Under the pieces are notes generated by a model that saw only the letters and a program-made list of their open reading frames with translations, was not told where the DNA came from and made no database searches. DNA of 64,000 bases from Myxococcales bacterium (GTDB lineage Bacteria > Myxococcota_A > UBA9042 > JABWCM01 > BTVJ01), in assembly GCA_045863395.1 (NCBI GenBank), contig BTVJ01000002.1, positions 32,001-96,000 on the forward strand. Direction: 5' to 3'. Shown here piece after piece: positions 33,341 through 43,381 of the stretch. Every line of letters begins with the position of its first letter. Within the stretch, counting starts at the first letter, position 1. A program made the translations under genes and the position numbers.

Positions 33341-33495
33341 GTCGCTCCCTCTATCATCTGTAAATGGGGACCGCGTGGGTCCGCGTTGCAGCCTATCCGT
33401 CCGCCCCTGGGCGTCAAGCCCCCAGATCGGCTCGGCGAGTCGACTCCCGAGTCGGGTTGGCGTCGGGTCCCCCATTGACCGTATGATGCGCCCCG

Positions 33496-34548
33496 ATGAC
33501 GCGAGCACCTCTCATCGCCCTCCTGCTCCTCGCTGGCTGCGCCTCCACCCTCTCACGGCCCTTCCCGCCGCCGACGCCCGGTTGGGAGGCCGCGTCCCGC
33601 ATGGAGCTGGTCTGGCGCTACCGGGTCACGGCGGAGGAGGGCACCCGCAAGGTGCGCTTCGTCGTCCTGCTCCCCCAGACGATGCCGCGGCGGCAGGTCG
33701 TGAGCGGCCTGGACTTCGACCCGGAGCCGACCCGTATCTACAGCCAGGGACGGGACCAGTATGCCGAGTACGTGCTCCAGCAGCCGCCTCCCGAGACGGC
33801 GCTCACCGTGCGCGCGTTCGTGGAGCTCGCGCGCCCCGACCTGGCGACTGCGGCCCGCCGGGGGGCCGTCTCTGACGACGACGTCCCGGGCGACACGTTG
33901 GGTCCCGAGGACCACATCGAATCCGACGATCCCGACATCGTGGCCGCAGCGTCGTCCATCCCGGGCGACGACCCGGTGCGCGTCGTCCGGGGCGTCCTCT
34001 CGTGGCTCTCGAAGCACATGAAGTACGGCGGCTTCCAGTCCCGGGAGCTGGGCGCCCGGGGCGCCTTCACGGAGCGGAGCGGCGACTGCACGGACTACGC
34101 CGACCTCTTCGTGGCGCTCTGCCGCGCCCGGGGAGTCCCCGCGCGGGTCGCCAAGGGCATCGTCACGGAGTTTGGCGACGACACCTCCAAGCACTCCTGG
34201 GCGGAGGCCTGGCTCCCTCCGCTCGGGTGGGTCGCCTTCGATCCACTCTGGGTGGACCTGGGCAAGGCGACGGCGGACACCCTCAAGGCGGTCTATCTCA
34301 CGCTCTCCTACAAGCGCTCGGACCCGGAGCTCGACGGCTACCACGACTGGGTCTACTGGTACTGGGGTGGGCGGGCCAAAGTGGAGGAGACCCTCGACGT
34401 GCTGCGGCCCCTGGCGAGCGGGCCCGTCAGGTTCGTGGCTCGAGGAGAGTGCGCACCTCCCACAGCAGGGGGAAGCACTTCTTCTGCGTCGTCTGGCGCA
34501 GGTAGCCGACCCCGCTCGACCCTCCCGTCCCCCGCTTGTGGCCGATGA
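33496..34548 (+). CDS. Transglutaminase-like domain lipoprotein
   Basis: LAGC lipobox; Cys-His-Asp triad motifs GDCTDYA, HSWAE and WVAFDP. Confidence 0.85.
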   Translation: MTRAPLIALLLLAGCASTLSRPFPPPTPGWEAASRMELVWRYRVTAEEGTRKVRFVVLLPQTMPRRQVVSGLDFDPEPTRIYSQGRDQYAEYVLQQPPPETALTVRAFVELARPDLATAARRGAVSDDDVPGDTLGPEDHIESDDPDIVAAASSIPGDDPVRVVRGVLSWLSKHMKYGGFQSRELGARGAFTERSGDCTDYADLFVALCRARGVPARVAKGIVTEFGDDTSKHSWAEAWLPPLGWVAFDPLWVDLGKATADTLKAVYLTLSYKRSDPELDGYHDWVYWYWGGRAKVEETLDVLRPLASGPVRFVARGECAPPTAGGSTSSASSGAGSRPRSTLPSPACGR

Positions 34549-35293
34549 TCCGCTCCACCACCTGGACGTGGTGCTCGCGCCAGAGAGACAGATACTCGTC
34601 CAACTCGATGAGGGACTCGCCCAGCAGGTAGAGCGGCAGGTCCTTCTCTGGGTCGCTCCAGATGCCCCGCAAGACGTCGAGGACCATCCCGCGTGCCTCC
34701 TCGTCGCCCGCGTCGCACCGCGCGACGGCGTCCTCCGGGATGGGGTGGCCGAGGTCTCTGAGCATGTCGTAGAAGCAGGTCCGCAGATCGGGGTCGGCCA
34801 GGCGCTGCTCAAGGCGCCGCAGCTCGTCGGGGCGGTTGCGGAAGAAGCGCAGGTAGCGCTCGTCCTTCAGGCCCGCGGCGAACTCCACCTCCCGAAACTG
34901 CACCGATTGAAACCCGCTCGCCGGCATGAGCCGGTGCCGGAACTGCAGGAACTCGGCGGGGGTCATGGTCTCCAGGATGTGGATCTGCGGCACGAGGTTC
35001 CGCAGGATCTCCACCACCCGCGCCACGAAGTGCCGCGCCCGCAGGACGGCCCCCTGCCGCATGAAGCCCATGGCAGACCCGAGCTCGTGCAGGATGAGCT
35101 TGAACCAGAGCTCGTAGGACTGGTGGATCACGATGAAGAGCATCTCGTCGTGGTGCGCCGGTTCGCTGACCGGCCGCTGGAGGGCGAGCAGCTCGGGCAC
35201 CTTCAGGTAGTCGTTGTAGGTCAGGTCCGCGCGCTCGCGGACGGCGGGCTCGTCGGGGATGGGCAGCCTGTCGTTTCCCGTCGGTTCGCTCAT
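34427..35293 (-). CDS. kynA: Tryptophan 2,3-dioxygenase
   Basis: YNDYL, HDEMLFIVIHQSYELWFK, ASGFQS.QFR and GTGGSSG..YL. Confidence 0.95.
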   Translation of the reverse strand: MSEPTGNDRLPIPDEPAVRERADLTYNDYLKVPELLALQRPVSEPAHHDEMLFIVIHQSYELWFKLILHELGSAMGFMRQGAVLRARHFVARVVEILRNLVPQIHILETMTPAEFLQFRHRLMPASGFQSVQFREVEFAAGLKDERYLRFFRNRPDELRRLEQRLADPDLRTCFYDMLRDLGHPIPEDAVARCDAGDEEARGMVLDVLRGIWSDPEKDLPLYLLGESLIELDEYLSLWREHHVQVVERIIGHKRGTGGSSGVGYLRQTTQKKCFPLLWEVRTLLEPRT

Positions 35294-35349
35294 GATCGTC
35301 TCCCTGCCGTAAGGGCGGCCACGCTACCACAGCGGCGCCCGCTTGGGGA

Positions 35350-38300
35350 ATGGCGGCACGATCCTGTATCCTGGGCTCCGCGGAGGTTGGAGTGGTCGGA
35401 GCGCTCGGCAGGCGGTTGGGGGGTGTCGTCGCAGGCGCGGTCCTGCTGCTCGGCTGCGAGCCGCCCCCCGCTGCGCCGGCCCAGCCATCCGCGCCCCTCG
35501 CTACCGTCGAGGCGGGCCTCTGCGGCACCTGCAACTACCCCTACGTGGGCTTCCTGCCGAAGCTCCCCTACCCGGCGGGCACGGCCCTCGGCCTGAGCCA
35601 GAGCTGGTGCTGCCAGTGCAACGGCTGCGCCGACTGCGGGGGGCACACGGGCCCGAGCTCCTACGGGCTCGACTTCGACATGAGCGGCGGCGACGACTGC
35701 GGCATCCACGTCCTCGCCGTCATGGCGGGCACCGTCTCCAAGGTGCGCACGGACGTGACCTGCTCCGGGTGCGCCTCGGAGGGGCTCGGCAACTGGGTGC
35801 TGATCGATCACGGCGGCGGGGTCTACAGCCGCTACGGCCACCTGGCCGCGGGCTCCGTCAAGGTCGCCCCAGGGCAGACCGTGTGCCAGGGCCAGCACCT
35901 CGCGGCGTTTGGAGCCACCGGGCAGGCCGCGAGCTGCCAGCTCCACTTCCAGCTCGAGGACGCGTCCGGGGCGTCCATCCCCTTCAGCAAGTTCGCCGAG
36001 ACCCCGGCGGTGCCCATCTGCAATACGGCGTCCAACCCCTACGTGTCCAAGAACGCGGAGGTGGCGGCCTGCGGGGAGCCGGCCCCGACGGGCTGCGGCA
36101 AGGCCGTCTCCGGGTCAGAGTGGGCGGTCATCGACGACTCGGACCCCTGCTTCGAGAAGAAGAACACCTGGTACGCGCAGGCGCTCGGTCACATGGGTGG
36201 GAGCCACTTCACCTACTCGTGGGGCGGAGCCCAGACCCCCGACACGGGCCCGAACGGGGGCACGCCGGACTCGGTCGCCCAGTGGTCGATCCAGTCCCAG
36301 GGCGCGGGGCAGTATGAGGTGCAGGTGTATCTGCCGAGCGGCGGGGCGTCCAGCGTCCAGACCAAGTACGAGGTCTCCGCCGGCGGGAGCAAGGCCTGGA
36401 AGACCATCGACCAGTCCAAGGGGGCCGATGACTGGGTTGCCTTGACCACCGTGACGGCGCAGCCATCCCAGGCCCTGGTGGTGCGCCTGACCGACACCAC
36501 CGGCGAGCCGCAGCTCTCCAAGAAGATCGTCGCGGACGCGGTGCGCTTCCGCTGGGTGGGCGCCTCCTGCGACAGCCCCTGTGTCGAGGGGCAGACCGAG
36601 TGCACCAGCGGCACGGCGTGGCGCCAGTGCGAGAAGTCCGGGGGCTGCACGGTCTGGTCCGCGGCGAAGCCCTGCGACGACGGCAACCCCTGCACGAGCA
36701 ACGCCTGCGCCGGAGGCAAGTGCACGGCGACCGCGGCGAGCACCCCGTGCAACGACGGAGACCCGTGCACCGACGGAGACTCCTGCCAGGCGGGCGCCTG
36801 CGTGGGGGCGCCCAAGAGCTGCGACGACGGCGACCCCTGCACGGCGGACTCCTGCGCCGGGGGAGCCTGCGCCCACGCCCCTCTGGTCGGCGCGTGCGAC
36901 GACGGGGACCCGTGCACGCTCAACGACACGTGCGGGGTTGGCGGGTGCGTCGGGACCTCCCTCGGGTGCACCGACGGCAACCCCTGCACCATCGACGGGT
37001 GCGTGGGCACGGAGTGCGTCTTCACTCCGACCAGCGCCGCCTGCGACGACGGAGACCCCTGCACGGCGGGCGACACCTGCGCCAGTGGCGCCTGTGTCGG
37101 TCAGCCCGTGTCCTGCGAGGCGTGGGAGGACCTCTGCAACGACGCAGAGTGCATCGCGGGCGCCTGCCAGCCAGTTCCCTTGACCGACGCCCCCTGCGAC
37201 GACGGCGACGCCTGCACGACCGGCGACACCTGCAAGGGCGGCCAGTGCCTGGGGGCGCCGAAGGACTGCTCGGCGCTGGCAGACCCGTGCAACCAGGGGG
37301 TGTGCAAGGGCGGGTCGTGTACGACCAAGCCCCTCTGGGTGCCCTGTGACGACAAGGACCCCTGCACGCTGGCGGACTTCTGCATCATGGGCGAGTGCAA
37401 GGGCAAGCCGCTGGACTGCGCCGGCCAGAGCGATCTCTGCGGCCAGGGGCTGTGCTGGAAGGGGGCGTGCGTCAAGGTGCCTCTGGTGGACGCGCCCTGC
37501 GACGACGGGCGGGACTGCACGGCAGATGACCGCTGCAGCGGCGGCGCCTGCGTGGGGAGCGTCGTGACCCCGTGCTGCGCCACCGACTGGGACTGCAACG
37601 ACGGGGTAGGGTGCACGGTGGACCACTGCCTCCCGGACGGCGGCTGCCAGAGCAAGGCGGTGAAGGCACCATTCTGCTGCGCGACGGACGCCGCCTGCGC
37701 CACGGGGGACCCCTGCGTCATCGGGCGCTGCGAGGGGGGAGCTTGCGTGACGGAGGTCGTGTGGCCCCCCGCCTGCTGCCACGTGGACGCCGAGTGCGAC
37801 GATGGCAACCCCGTGACCATGGACGTGTGCTCCGGCTCCGCCTGCGTGGGCAAGCCCTGGCCGGGCGCCTGCGTCGCCGACGGGGACTGCGCCGCGAAGG
37901 GCCCGTGCGTGACCCTGAGCTGCGTGGCGGGGACGTGCGCCGCTGTCTCCAAGGAGGGGTGCTGCCTGGCGGACGCCCACTGCGACGACGGGGTCTCCTG
38001 CACGGTGGACCGTTGCGTCGACGGCGCGTGCGTCAACGAGAGCGCGTGCTGCAGGGAGGACTCGGCCTGCGACGACGGCGACGACTGCACGAAGGACGCG
38101 TGCGTGCAGGGCACCTGCATCCACGCGGGCGCCTGCTGCGCCGTCGACGAGGGCTGTGACGACGGTGACCCTTGCACGATCGACCGGTGCGTCGGTGGGG
38201 CTTGCGTCTTCGACCCTCCAGGCTGCGAGGGCGCCTGCAGTGAGGACGGCTGCTGCGGCGTGTGCGCGGTGGGCTCCGCCTGCGAGCAGGGCGCCTGCGT

Positions 38301-38838
38301 GGCGGCCGGGTGCGCCGGGCTCCCGCCCGGGGGGCTGTGCGATGGGAGCATCCTGCGGACCTGTGTGGACGGGCAGGTGGTCTCGGTGAGCTGCGCCGGC
38401 CAGGGCCTCGGCTGCGGCGTCGACCCGTCCGGGGCCGCGACGTGCTGCGCCCCGAGCTGCGTGGGCCGCGCGTGCGGGGACGACGGCTGCGGCGGCTCCT
38501 GCGGCTCCTGCCCCGCCGGGATGAGGTGCAACGAGCACGCCTGCGAGCACCTGAGCTTCCCGCTGCCGGGGGCCTCGGGGGAGGGCGACGCCGGGGGGCC
38601 GGATGCCGCCGCCGTGGACGCCGCGGGGACCTGGCAGCCCCCGGTGGTCGAGCAGGAGGCCACGGCGCCGACTGGCGACGACGGGGGCTGTGCCGCGAGT
38701 GGCGGCTCGGCCGCGCCAATTGCCGTGTGGGCGATGCTCGGCCTCGCACGGATCCTTGGGGCCCGGCGGCGACGCACCGGCGAGTCGGGGCGCGGCCGGC
38801 TACCCTCCTCCCCGGGGACCGGTGCGCCTGGGAAGTGA
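35350..38838 (+). CDS. Surface protein: M23 peptidase-like domain, golvesin-like beta-sandwich, Cys-rich repeats and MYXO-CTERM-like tail
   Basis: LLGC lipobox-like; YGLDF, GNWVLIDH, YGHL and QLHF; YEVQVY...IDQ...ADAVRF; CDDGDPCT repeats; GGC..-TM-RRRR. Start uncertain. Confidence 0.82.
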   Translation: MAARSCILGSAEVGVVGALGRRLGGVVAGAVLLLGCEPPPAAPAQPSAPLATVEAGLCGTCNYPYVGFLPKLPYPAGTALGLSQSWCCQCNGCADCGGHTGPSSYGLDFDMSGGDDCGIHVLAVMAGTVSKVRTDVTCSGCASEGLGNWVLIDHGGGVYSRYGHLAAGSVKVAPGQTVCQGQHLAAFGATGQAASCQLHFQLEDASGASIPFSKFAETPAVPICNTASNPYVSKNAEVAACGEPAPTGCGKAVSGSEWAVIDDSDPCFEKKNTWYAQALGHMGGSHFTYSWGGAQTPDTGPNGGTPDSVAQWSIQSQGAGQYEVQVYLPSGGASSVQTKYEVSAGGSKAWKTIDQSKGADDWVALTTVTAQPSQALVVRLTDTTGEPQLSKKIVADAVRFRWVGASCDSPCVEGQTECTSGTAWRQCEKSGGCTVWSAAKPCDDGNPCTSNACAGGKCTATAASTPCNDGDPCTDGDSCQAGACVGAPKSCDDGDPCTADSCAGGACAHAPLVGACDDGDPCTLNDTCGVGGCVGTSLGCTDGNPCTIDGCVGTECVFTPTSAACDDGDPCTAGDTCASGACVGQPVSCEAWEDLCNDAECIAGACQPVPLTDAPCDDGDACTTGDTCKGGQCLGAPKDCSALADPCNQGVCKGGSCTTKPLWVPCDDKDPCTLADFCIMGECKGKPLDCAGQSDLCGQGLCWKGACVKVPLVDAPCDDGRDCTADDRCSGGACVGSVVTPCCATDWDCNDGVGCTVDHCLPDGGCQSKAVKAPFCCATDAACATGDPCVIGRCEGGACVTEVVWPPACCHVDAECDDGNPVTMDVCSGSACVGKPWPGACVADGDCAAKGPCVTLSCVAGTCAAVSKEGCCLADAHCDDGVSCTVDRCVDGACVNESACCREDSACDDGDDCTKDACVQGTCIHAGACCAVDEGCDDGDPCTIDRCVGGACVFDPPGCEGACSEDGCCGVCAVGSACEQGACVAAGCAGLPPGGLCDGSILRTCVDGQVVSVSCAGQGLGCGVDPSGAATCCAPSCVGRACGDDGCGGSCGSCPAGMRCNEHACEHLSFPLPGASGEGDAGGPDAAAVDAAGTWQPPVVEQEATAPTGDDGGCAASGGSAAPIAVWAMLGLARILGARRRRTGESGRGRLPSSPGTGAPGK

Positions 38839-39008
38839 CTGGGGCCGAGCAGTGTTGAAGCGCCGGCTGCGGGGTCCCGCGGAGTCAGTGATCGCGACCG
38901 ATGCACCCGCTGGGAGCGTCGGCGGTCGCTCGGGAGGGTGAGCGGGGGCTTGACGCGCCTCGCCGGCGCTTGCTACTCGTAGCCCCCCTTCCGACCCGAG
39001 GAGGAGTC

Positions 39009-40535
39009 ATGGCGAAGCTCGACAGCAGAGGCGGCGACCGCATCGACCGGGAGATCGGGATTCTGATCGGGCTCGCGGTCCTCGCCCTCTTCGTGGTGCT
39101 CGGCTTCTGGACCGCCCGCAAGGAGTCTGCGCCGATCAGTGGGCCTGTCGCAGTCGCGCCGGCGCCCGCGTCGGCCCCCGCGTCGGCCGCACTCCCTGGC
39201 CCGACGGCGCCCACGGGGTCGGGCGGCTCGGCTGGCGGTCAGCAGATCGCCCAGGCCGCGCCCGCTCCGGCGCCCGCCCCGGTGGTCGCGCCGGCGCCCG
39301 CCCCGGTGGTCGCCCCGCCACCCGTCGCGCCCGCGCCGCCGCCGCCGGTCGCTCAGGCCCCGGCGCCCGCCGCCAACAACGCCCCGGTGGACCCGGAGCA
39401 GGTCTGGCGCGTGAAGGTGAACCCCGAGGACGCCCGCAAGGGCCCCGAGGACGCGCCGGCGACGCTCGTGGTGTTCACCGCCTTCGGCTGCGGGACCTGC
39501 ACCCCCTTCGCGGACGCCGTCGACCGCATCGTGGCAAAGCACGGCAACAAGCTCCGCGTGATCTTCAAGCACAAGGTCATCCCGATCTCGCCCTTCGCCC
39601 TCGAGGCGTCCATGGCGGCCCTGGCTGCCAAGGAGCAGGGCAAGTTCTGGGAGTATCAGGACAAGCTCTGGAAGACCAACGCGGCCCTCACGGGCGCGAC
39701 CCTCGAAGGGATCGCCACGGAGCTGGGCCTCGACCTGGCGCGCTTCAAGAAGGACGCCGCCTCGGACAAGCTGCGCAGTCAGGTCATGCGGGACTCGCTG
39801 CTCGCCAACGAGGTGGGCGCCCACAGCATGCCCAACGCGCTGGTCAACGGCGTGCGCATGGCCGGCGAGAAGTCCTACGAGAGCCTGGAGCAGGTCGTCG
39901 ACAAGGAGCTGGCCAAGGCGGAGGCGAAGATCAAGGCTGGCGCCGACCCGAAGACCCTCTATGACACCACGGTCGCCACCGGTCGGTTCTTCGAGCAGTT
40001 GGAGCCCCAGAAGTTCGCGTTCGCCAATGACGAGAGCCCGTCCCTCGGGCCCAAGGACGCCAAGGTGCAGGTCACGACCTTCGAGGACTTCGAGTGCCCC
40101 TTCTGCACGCAGGTCGGCCCCATGCTCAAGGAGTTCCAGGCGCGGTTCCCGAACGACGTGCGGATCGTATTCAAGAACTTCCCGCTGACGTCCATCCACC
40201 CCAAGGCCCAGCTCGCGTCGGAGGCCGCCATGGCCGCCCACGAGCAGGGCAAGTTCTGGGAGTATCACGACCTGCTCTTCGCCAACCAGAAGGTGCTCGA
40301 CCGCCCGGACCTGGAGCGCTACGCCGAGCAGCTCGGCCTGGACATGGGCAAGTTCCGGGCGGCGCTGGACAGCGGGAAGTGGAAGCCGTTCATGGAGCGT
40401 GAGATGGCCGACGGCGCCCGCGCGCAGGTCGGGGGGACGCCGAGCATCTTCCTCAATGGCCAGCGCTACCAGGGCCCACGTGGCTACCCTCCCGAGGGCC
40501 TCGAGGCCGTCGCCCGCACCTACCTGGGGCTCTAG
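39009..40535 (+). CDS. Membrane-anchored tandem DsbA-family oxidoreductase
   Basis: N-terminal TM, Pro/Ala linker and two DsbA domains (CGTC and CPFC), each with EQGKFWEY; GAGGAG RBS. Confidence 0.9.
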   Translation: MAKLDSRGGDRIDREIGILIGLAVLALFVVLGFWTARKESAPISGPVAVAPAPASAPASAALPGPTAPTGSGGSAGGQQIAQAAPAPAPAPVVAPAPAPVVAPPPVAPAPPPPVAQAPAPAANNAPVDPEQVWRVKVNPEDARKGPEDAPATLVVFTAFGCGTCTPFADAVDRIVAKHGNKLRVIFKHKVIPISPFALEASMAALAAKEQGKFWEYQDKLWKTNAALTGATLEGIATELGLDLARFKKDAASDKLRSQVMRDSLLANEVGAHSMPNALVNGVRMAGEKSYESLEQVVDKELAKAEAKIKAGADPKTLYDTTVATGRFFEQLEPQKFAFANDESPSLGPKDAKVQVTTFEDFECPFCTQVGPMLKEFQARFPNDVRIVFKNFPLTSIHPKAQLASEAAMAAHEQGKFWEYHDLLFANQKVLDRPDLERYAEQLGLDMGKFRAALDSGKWKPFMEREMADGARAQVGGTPSIFLNGQRYQGPRGYPPEGLEAVARTYLGL

Positions 40536-40537
40536 GA

Positions 40538-41560
40538 GTGGCGGGGGTCACGCTCGTCTGCCCCGTCTGCCGCCAGCCCGAGCCCGACGGCTCCCTCCCC
40601 GTGGTTCTGCTCGCCCGTCGCCCCGGGAGCGACTCCTGCGGGCGCTGCGGCGCCGTGTGGCCGAGGGTGGACGGGATCTCCTGCATCTCCCCGGATCTGG
40701 ACGCCTTCGCCCTCTCCCAGGCGCTGGCGCTGGACCTGGCGTGGCCGCCGCGGGGCACGGCGGAGGCCCTGCGCCTGTGCAAGGAGGCCGGAGACGACCC
40801 GGAGGCCGCGCTGCCCGCCCAGTACGCGCTGGCGCACTTCCCGGAGGCCGTCACTGACGCCGCGCTGGTCGACTCCCTCGATCTGCGGGGCAACGGTGGC
40901 CTGATCTCCCGAGTGCGAGGCTGGCTCGCGGGGGCCTTGGGTCGCGGGGCGATCCCTGGTCACGCTCTGGAGGTCGGCTGCGGCCCCGGGGGCCTCCTCG
41001 AGACCGTCGGGGCGCCCTTCGTCGGCGGCGTCGTGGGCTTCGATGTCCGCCTGTCCATGCTCCGCGTGGCCCGCCGCCTCCTCGGCGAGGGGGCCGTCAC
41101 GCTCCCCTTCCGTGCAGAGGGGCGCCGGTTCGTGCCCATCGAGCTGCGCCGGGAGCCGGCGTCGGTGCCCATCACGCTCGTGCAGGGGGACCTGGTGGCG
41201 CCTCCCCTCGAGGCGGAGTCCTTCCCGCTGGTCTGCGCCATGTCCCTCATCGACACGGTCCCCGACCCCGTGTTCGCCGTCGGGCAGCTCGACGCCCTGA
41301 CCGCGCCGGGTGGGCTCCTGCTGCTGGGTGCCCCGTGGCACTGGGAGCCGCGGGTGACCCACCCCGGTGCGTGGTGGTCAACGGCGCAGTCCACGGCGGA
41401 CGACGTGCTCCGAGCGGCGCTGCGTGGGGAGCACCCGGACCTCCCACACCTGCGCTACGAGCTCCTGGACCAGGCGACCGAGACGTGGTCCATCCCCGGG
41501 CACGCGCGGGTCACCCACCGCTACCGGGTGGAGCTCACGTTGGCGCGAAAGAGGGCGTAG
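40538..41560 (+). CDS. Class I SAM-dependent methyltransferase-like protein with N-terminal Zn-ribbon
   Basis: CPVC...CGRC...WP.VDGI (Trm112-like); ALEVGCGPG motif I; starts 2 bp after the dsbA stop. Confidence 0.75.
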   Translation: MAGVTLVCPVCRQPEPDGSLPVVLLARRPGSDSCGRCGAVWPRVDGISCISPDLDAFALSQALALDLAWPPRGTAEALRLCKEAGDDPEAALPAQYALAHFPEAVTDAALVDSLDLRGNGGLISRVRGWLAGALGRGAIPGHALEVGCGPGGLLETVGAPFVGGVVGFDVRLSMLRVARRLLGEGAVTLPFRAEGRRFVPIELRREPASVPITLVQGDLVAPPLEAESFPLVCAMSLIDTVPDPVFAVGQLDALTAPGGLLLLGAPWHWEPRVTHPGAWWSTAQSTADDVLRAALRGEHPDLPHLRYELLDQATETWSIPGHARVTHRYRVELTLARKRA

Positions 41561-42538
41561 CTACCCCGCGTGGTCGCTCCACACGGCGACACGCCGCCCC
41601 ACGACGCGGCCGACGACGTTGCGCAGGATCTGGGACTCCTCCAGCGCACCCTCTCCGAGCACGCCCGGCAGCCACGCGTCCATGACGGCTCGGACGGCAG
41701 GGCCGCGGGCTGCCTCGGCGCCGCTCTGCACCTTGAGCACGAGGCCGAGGCCCCTCTGGGGGAAGGCCATGCAGGCGAGCCCCTCGGCCCCCACCTTGGA
41801 GATCACGGGCTCCGTCGCGCCGCGGACGACCTCCAGGTCGTGGCGCCCGGTGCCGCTGACCAGCTCCGGGTGCGCCAGCATCGCGGCCCCGATGCGCCCG
41901 AGGAGGCCGTCCCGCCCCTGAGTCGCCGTGGCGAGGCAGGCGAAGGCACGTGCCATGGCCGCGAGCTCGGCTACGAAGCACGGCACGCCGCACCCGTCGA
42001 CCACCCACCCCTGCACCCCTCCGGTCCGGGCGTCCACGACGTCACGGATGCGCCGCTGCACGGGGTGGTCCGGGTCCCGGTAGTCCGGCGCGTGACCGCC
42101 GGCCCGCAGGGCGGCGACCATGAAGGTGTGCTTCCCGGAGCAGTTGTTGTGGATGGGCGCTGGCTCCAGGCCCCCGCGCACGAGCTCCCGGGCGGACGGC
42201 TCGTGGACGGGCCAGTGCGCCCCGCAGAGCAGGTCGGCCTCGACCCCCCCGAGTCTGGCGAGCAGGCCCCGGACGCGCTCCACGTGGGCGGGCTCCCCCG
42301 AGTGGCTCGCGGCGCCGACCGCCAGGTCCGCGTCCTCCAGGCTGGCGACGACCTCTGCGCCCAGGAGTGACAGGCTCCCCTCGAGCTGGAGCGGCTTGGC
42401 TCCGCTCCGCCACGTGGTCACCGTCGGCGGCCCGGTGCGCGCCACCTCGGACCCGTCGCTCCTGCTCAGGACTGCCGCGACGGGGTGCGCGCTCTCCGCC
42501 TGGTCTCCGCGCCGCTGCTCGATGTGAAGCCGTGCCAT
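41561..42538 (-). CDS. L-asparaginase II (Rhizobium AnsA type)
   Basis: RSGAKPLQ, ASHSGE, HNNCSGKH, DGCGVP and SKVGAEG motifs. Confidence 0.9.
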   Translation of the reverse strand: MARLHIEQRRGDQAESAHPVAAVLSRSDGSEVARTGPPTVTTWRSGAKPLQLEGSLSLLGAEVVASLEDADLAVGAASHSGEPAHVERVRGLLARLGGVEADLLCGAHWPVHEPSARELVRGGLEPAPIHNNCSGKHTFMVAALRAGGHAPDYRDPDHPVQRRIRDVVDARTGGVQGWVVDGCGVPCFVAELAAMARAFACLATATQGRDGLLGRIGAAMLAHPELVSGTGRHDLEVVRGATEPVISKVGAEGLACMAFPQRGLGLVLKVQSGAEAARGPAVRAVMDAWLPGVLGEGALEESQILRNVVGRVVGRRVAVWSDHAG

Positions 42539-42773
42539 CGGGTGCCACCTCCGCGGGCGCCGGAGCATACAGTGCGAACCGTCGTCCAGCCAACTCCATG
42601 GCCTTCCGACCGATCCGTTCCAGGGGCGCGAGCGTAGCGTCAGTGTGTCACAGGGTCCCAGCGGTGCGCCCCCGCGGGATCGGAGCCAGCGTGGGGCAGC
42701 ATTGGGCCAAGGGGCGCGCGGACGTGGCTGCCCAGGCTCCGGAGGCGGACAGCGGTGCAGGCGAGCCCTCGGA

Positions 42774-42801
42774 TTGACGGATCATGGCGCCGTGGTAGCA
42801 T
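42774..42801 (+). promoter_or_regulatory. Probable sigma70 promoter of the ECF operon
   Basis: TTGACG-16 nt-TAGCAT with a TG extended -10 element. Confidence 0.45.
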
Positions 42802-42826
42802 GAGCCCTCCCTTGCAGAGGTATGCC

Positions 42827-43381
42827 GTGTTCCAGTCAAATGACGACAGCGACACTGCCCTGATGCTCGCCATTGCTGGCGGTGGGCAGCAGGCGCTCGC
42901 GGCACTGTATGATCGCTACGCCTCGCTGATGTTGGCTGTCGCCCTGCGGGTGGTCGGCGATCAGAGAGAGGCCGAGGATCTGCTCCACGACATCTTCCTG
43001 GAGCTCTGGCGCTCTGCCGGCGACTACGATCCGGGCAGGGGTACGGTGCGCGCGTGGCTCTTGCTTCGGACGCGGTGTCGCGCCATCGACCGGCGCCGCT
43101 CTCCGCGCATCGCCCGCTGCGAGTCCCTCGACGATGGGAGGGAGCGCGCGCACCCTCTGGCGCCCGATCCGGCGAGCGCCTCGGACGCCGAGCGGCTACG
43201 CGGGGCCCTGGGCACTCTGCCCCACGAGCAGCGTCGGGTCCTTGAGCTCGGCTACTTCGACGGGCTCTCCTCGACCGAGATCGCCGCCATGACAGGTGTG
43301 CCGGTCGGGACCGTCAAGTCGCGGGTGGCTGCAGCGCGCGCCAAGCTGAGAGAGATGCTCACCGGGGAGGGGGAACCATGA
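42827..43381 (+). CDS. ECF RNA polymerase sigma factor
   Basis: LYDRY, AEDLLHDIFLELW, AIDRRR, LGYFDGLS..EIA and GTVKSR. Start is GTG 42827 (GAGGT RBS) or ATG 42800. Confidence 0.92.
   Translation: MFQSNDDSDTALMLAIAGGGQQALAALYDRYASLMLAVALRVVGDQREAEDLLHDIFLELWRSAGDYDPGRGTVRAWLLLRTRCRAIDRRRSPRIARCESLDDGRERAHPLAPDPASASDAERLRGALGTLPHEQRRVLELGYFDGLSSTEIAAMTGVPVGTVKSRVAAARAKLREMLTGEGEP

Noticed and set aside
38950..38979. TTGACG...TACTCG as a dsbA promoter
   Set aside because: The -10 match is too weak to list as a feature.
42681..42741. Interrupted inverted repeat (CGGAGCC..GGGCAGC / GCTGCCC.GGCTCCG) upstream of the ECF gene
   Set aside because: Short GC-rich stems are common by chance here, and I recognise no riboswitch motif.
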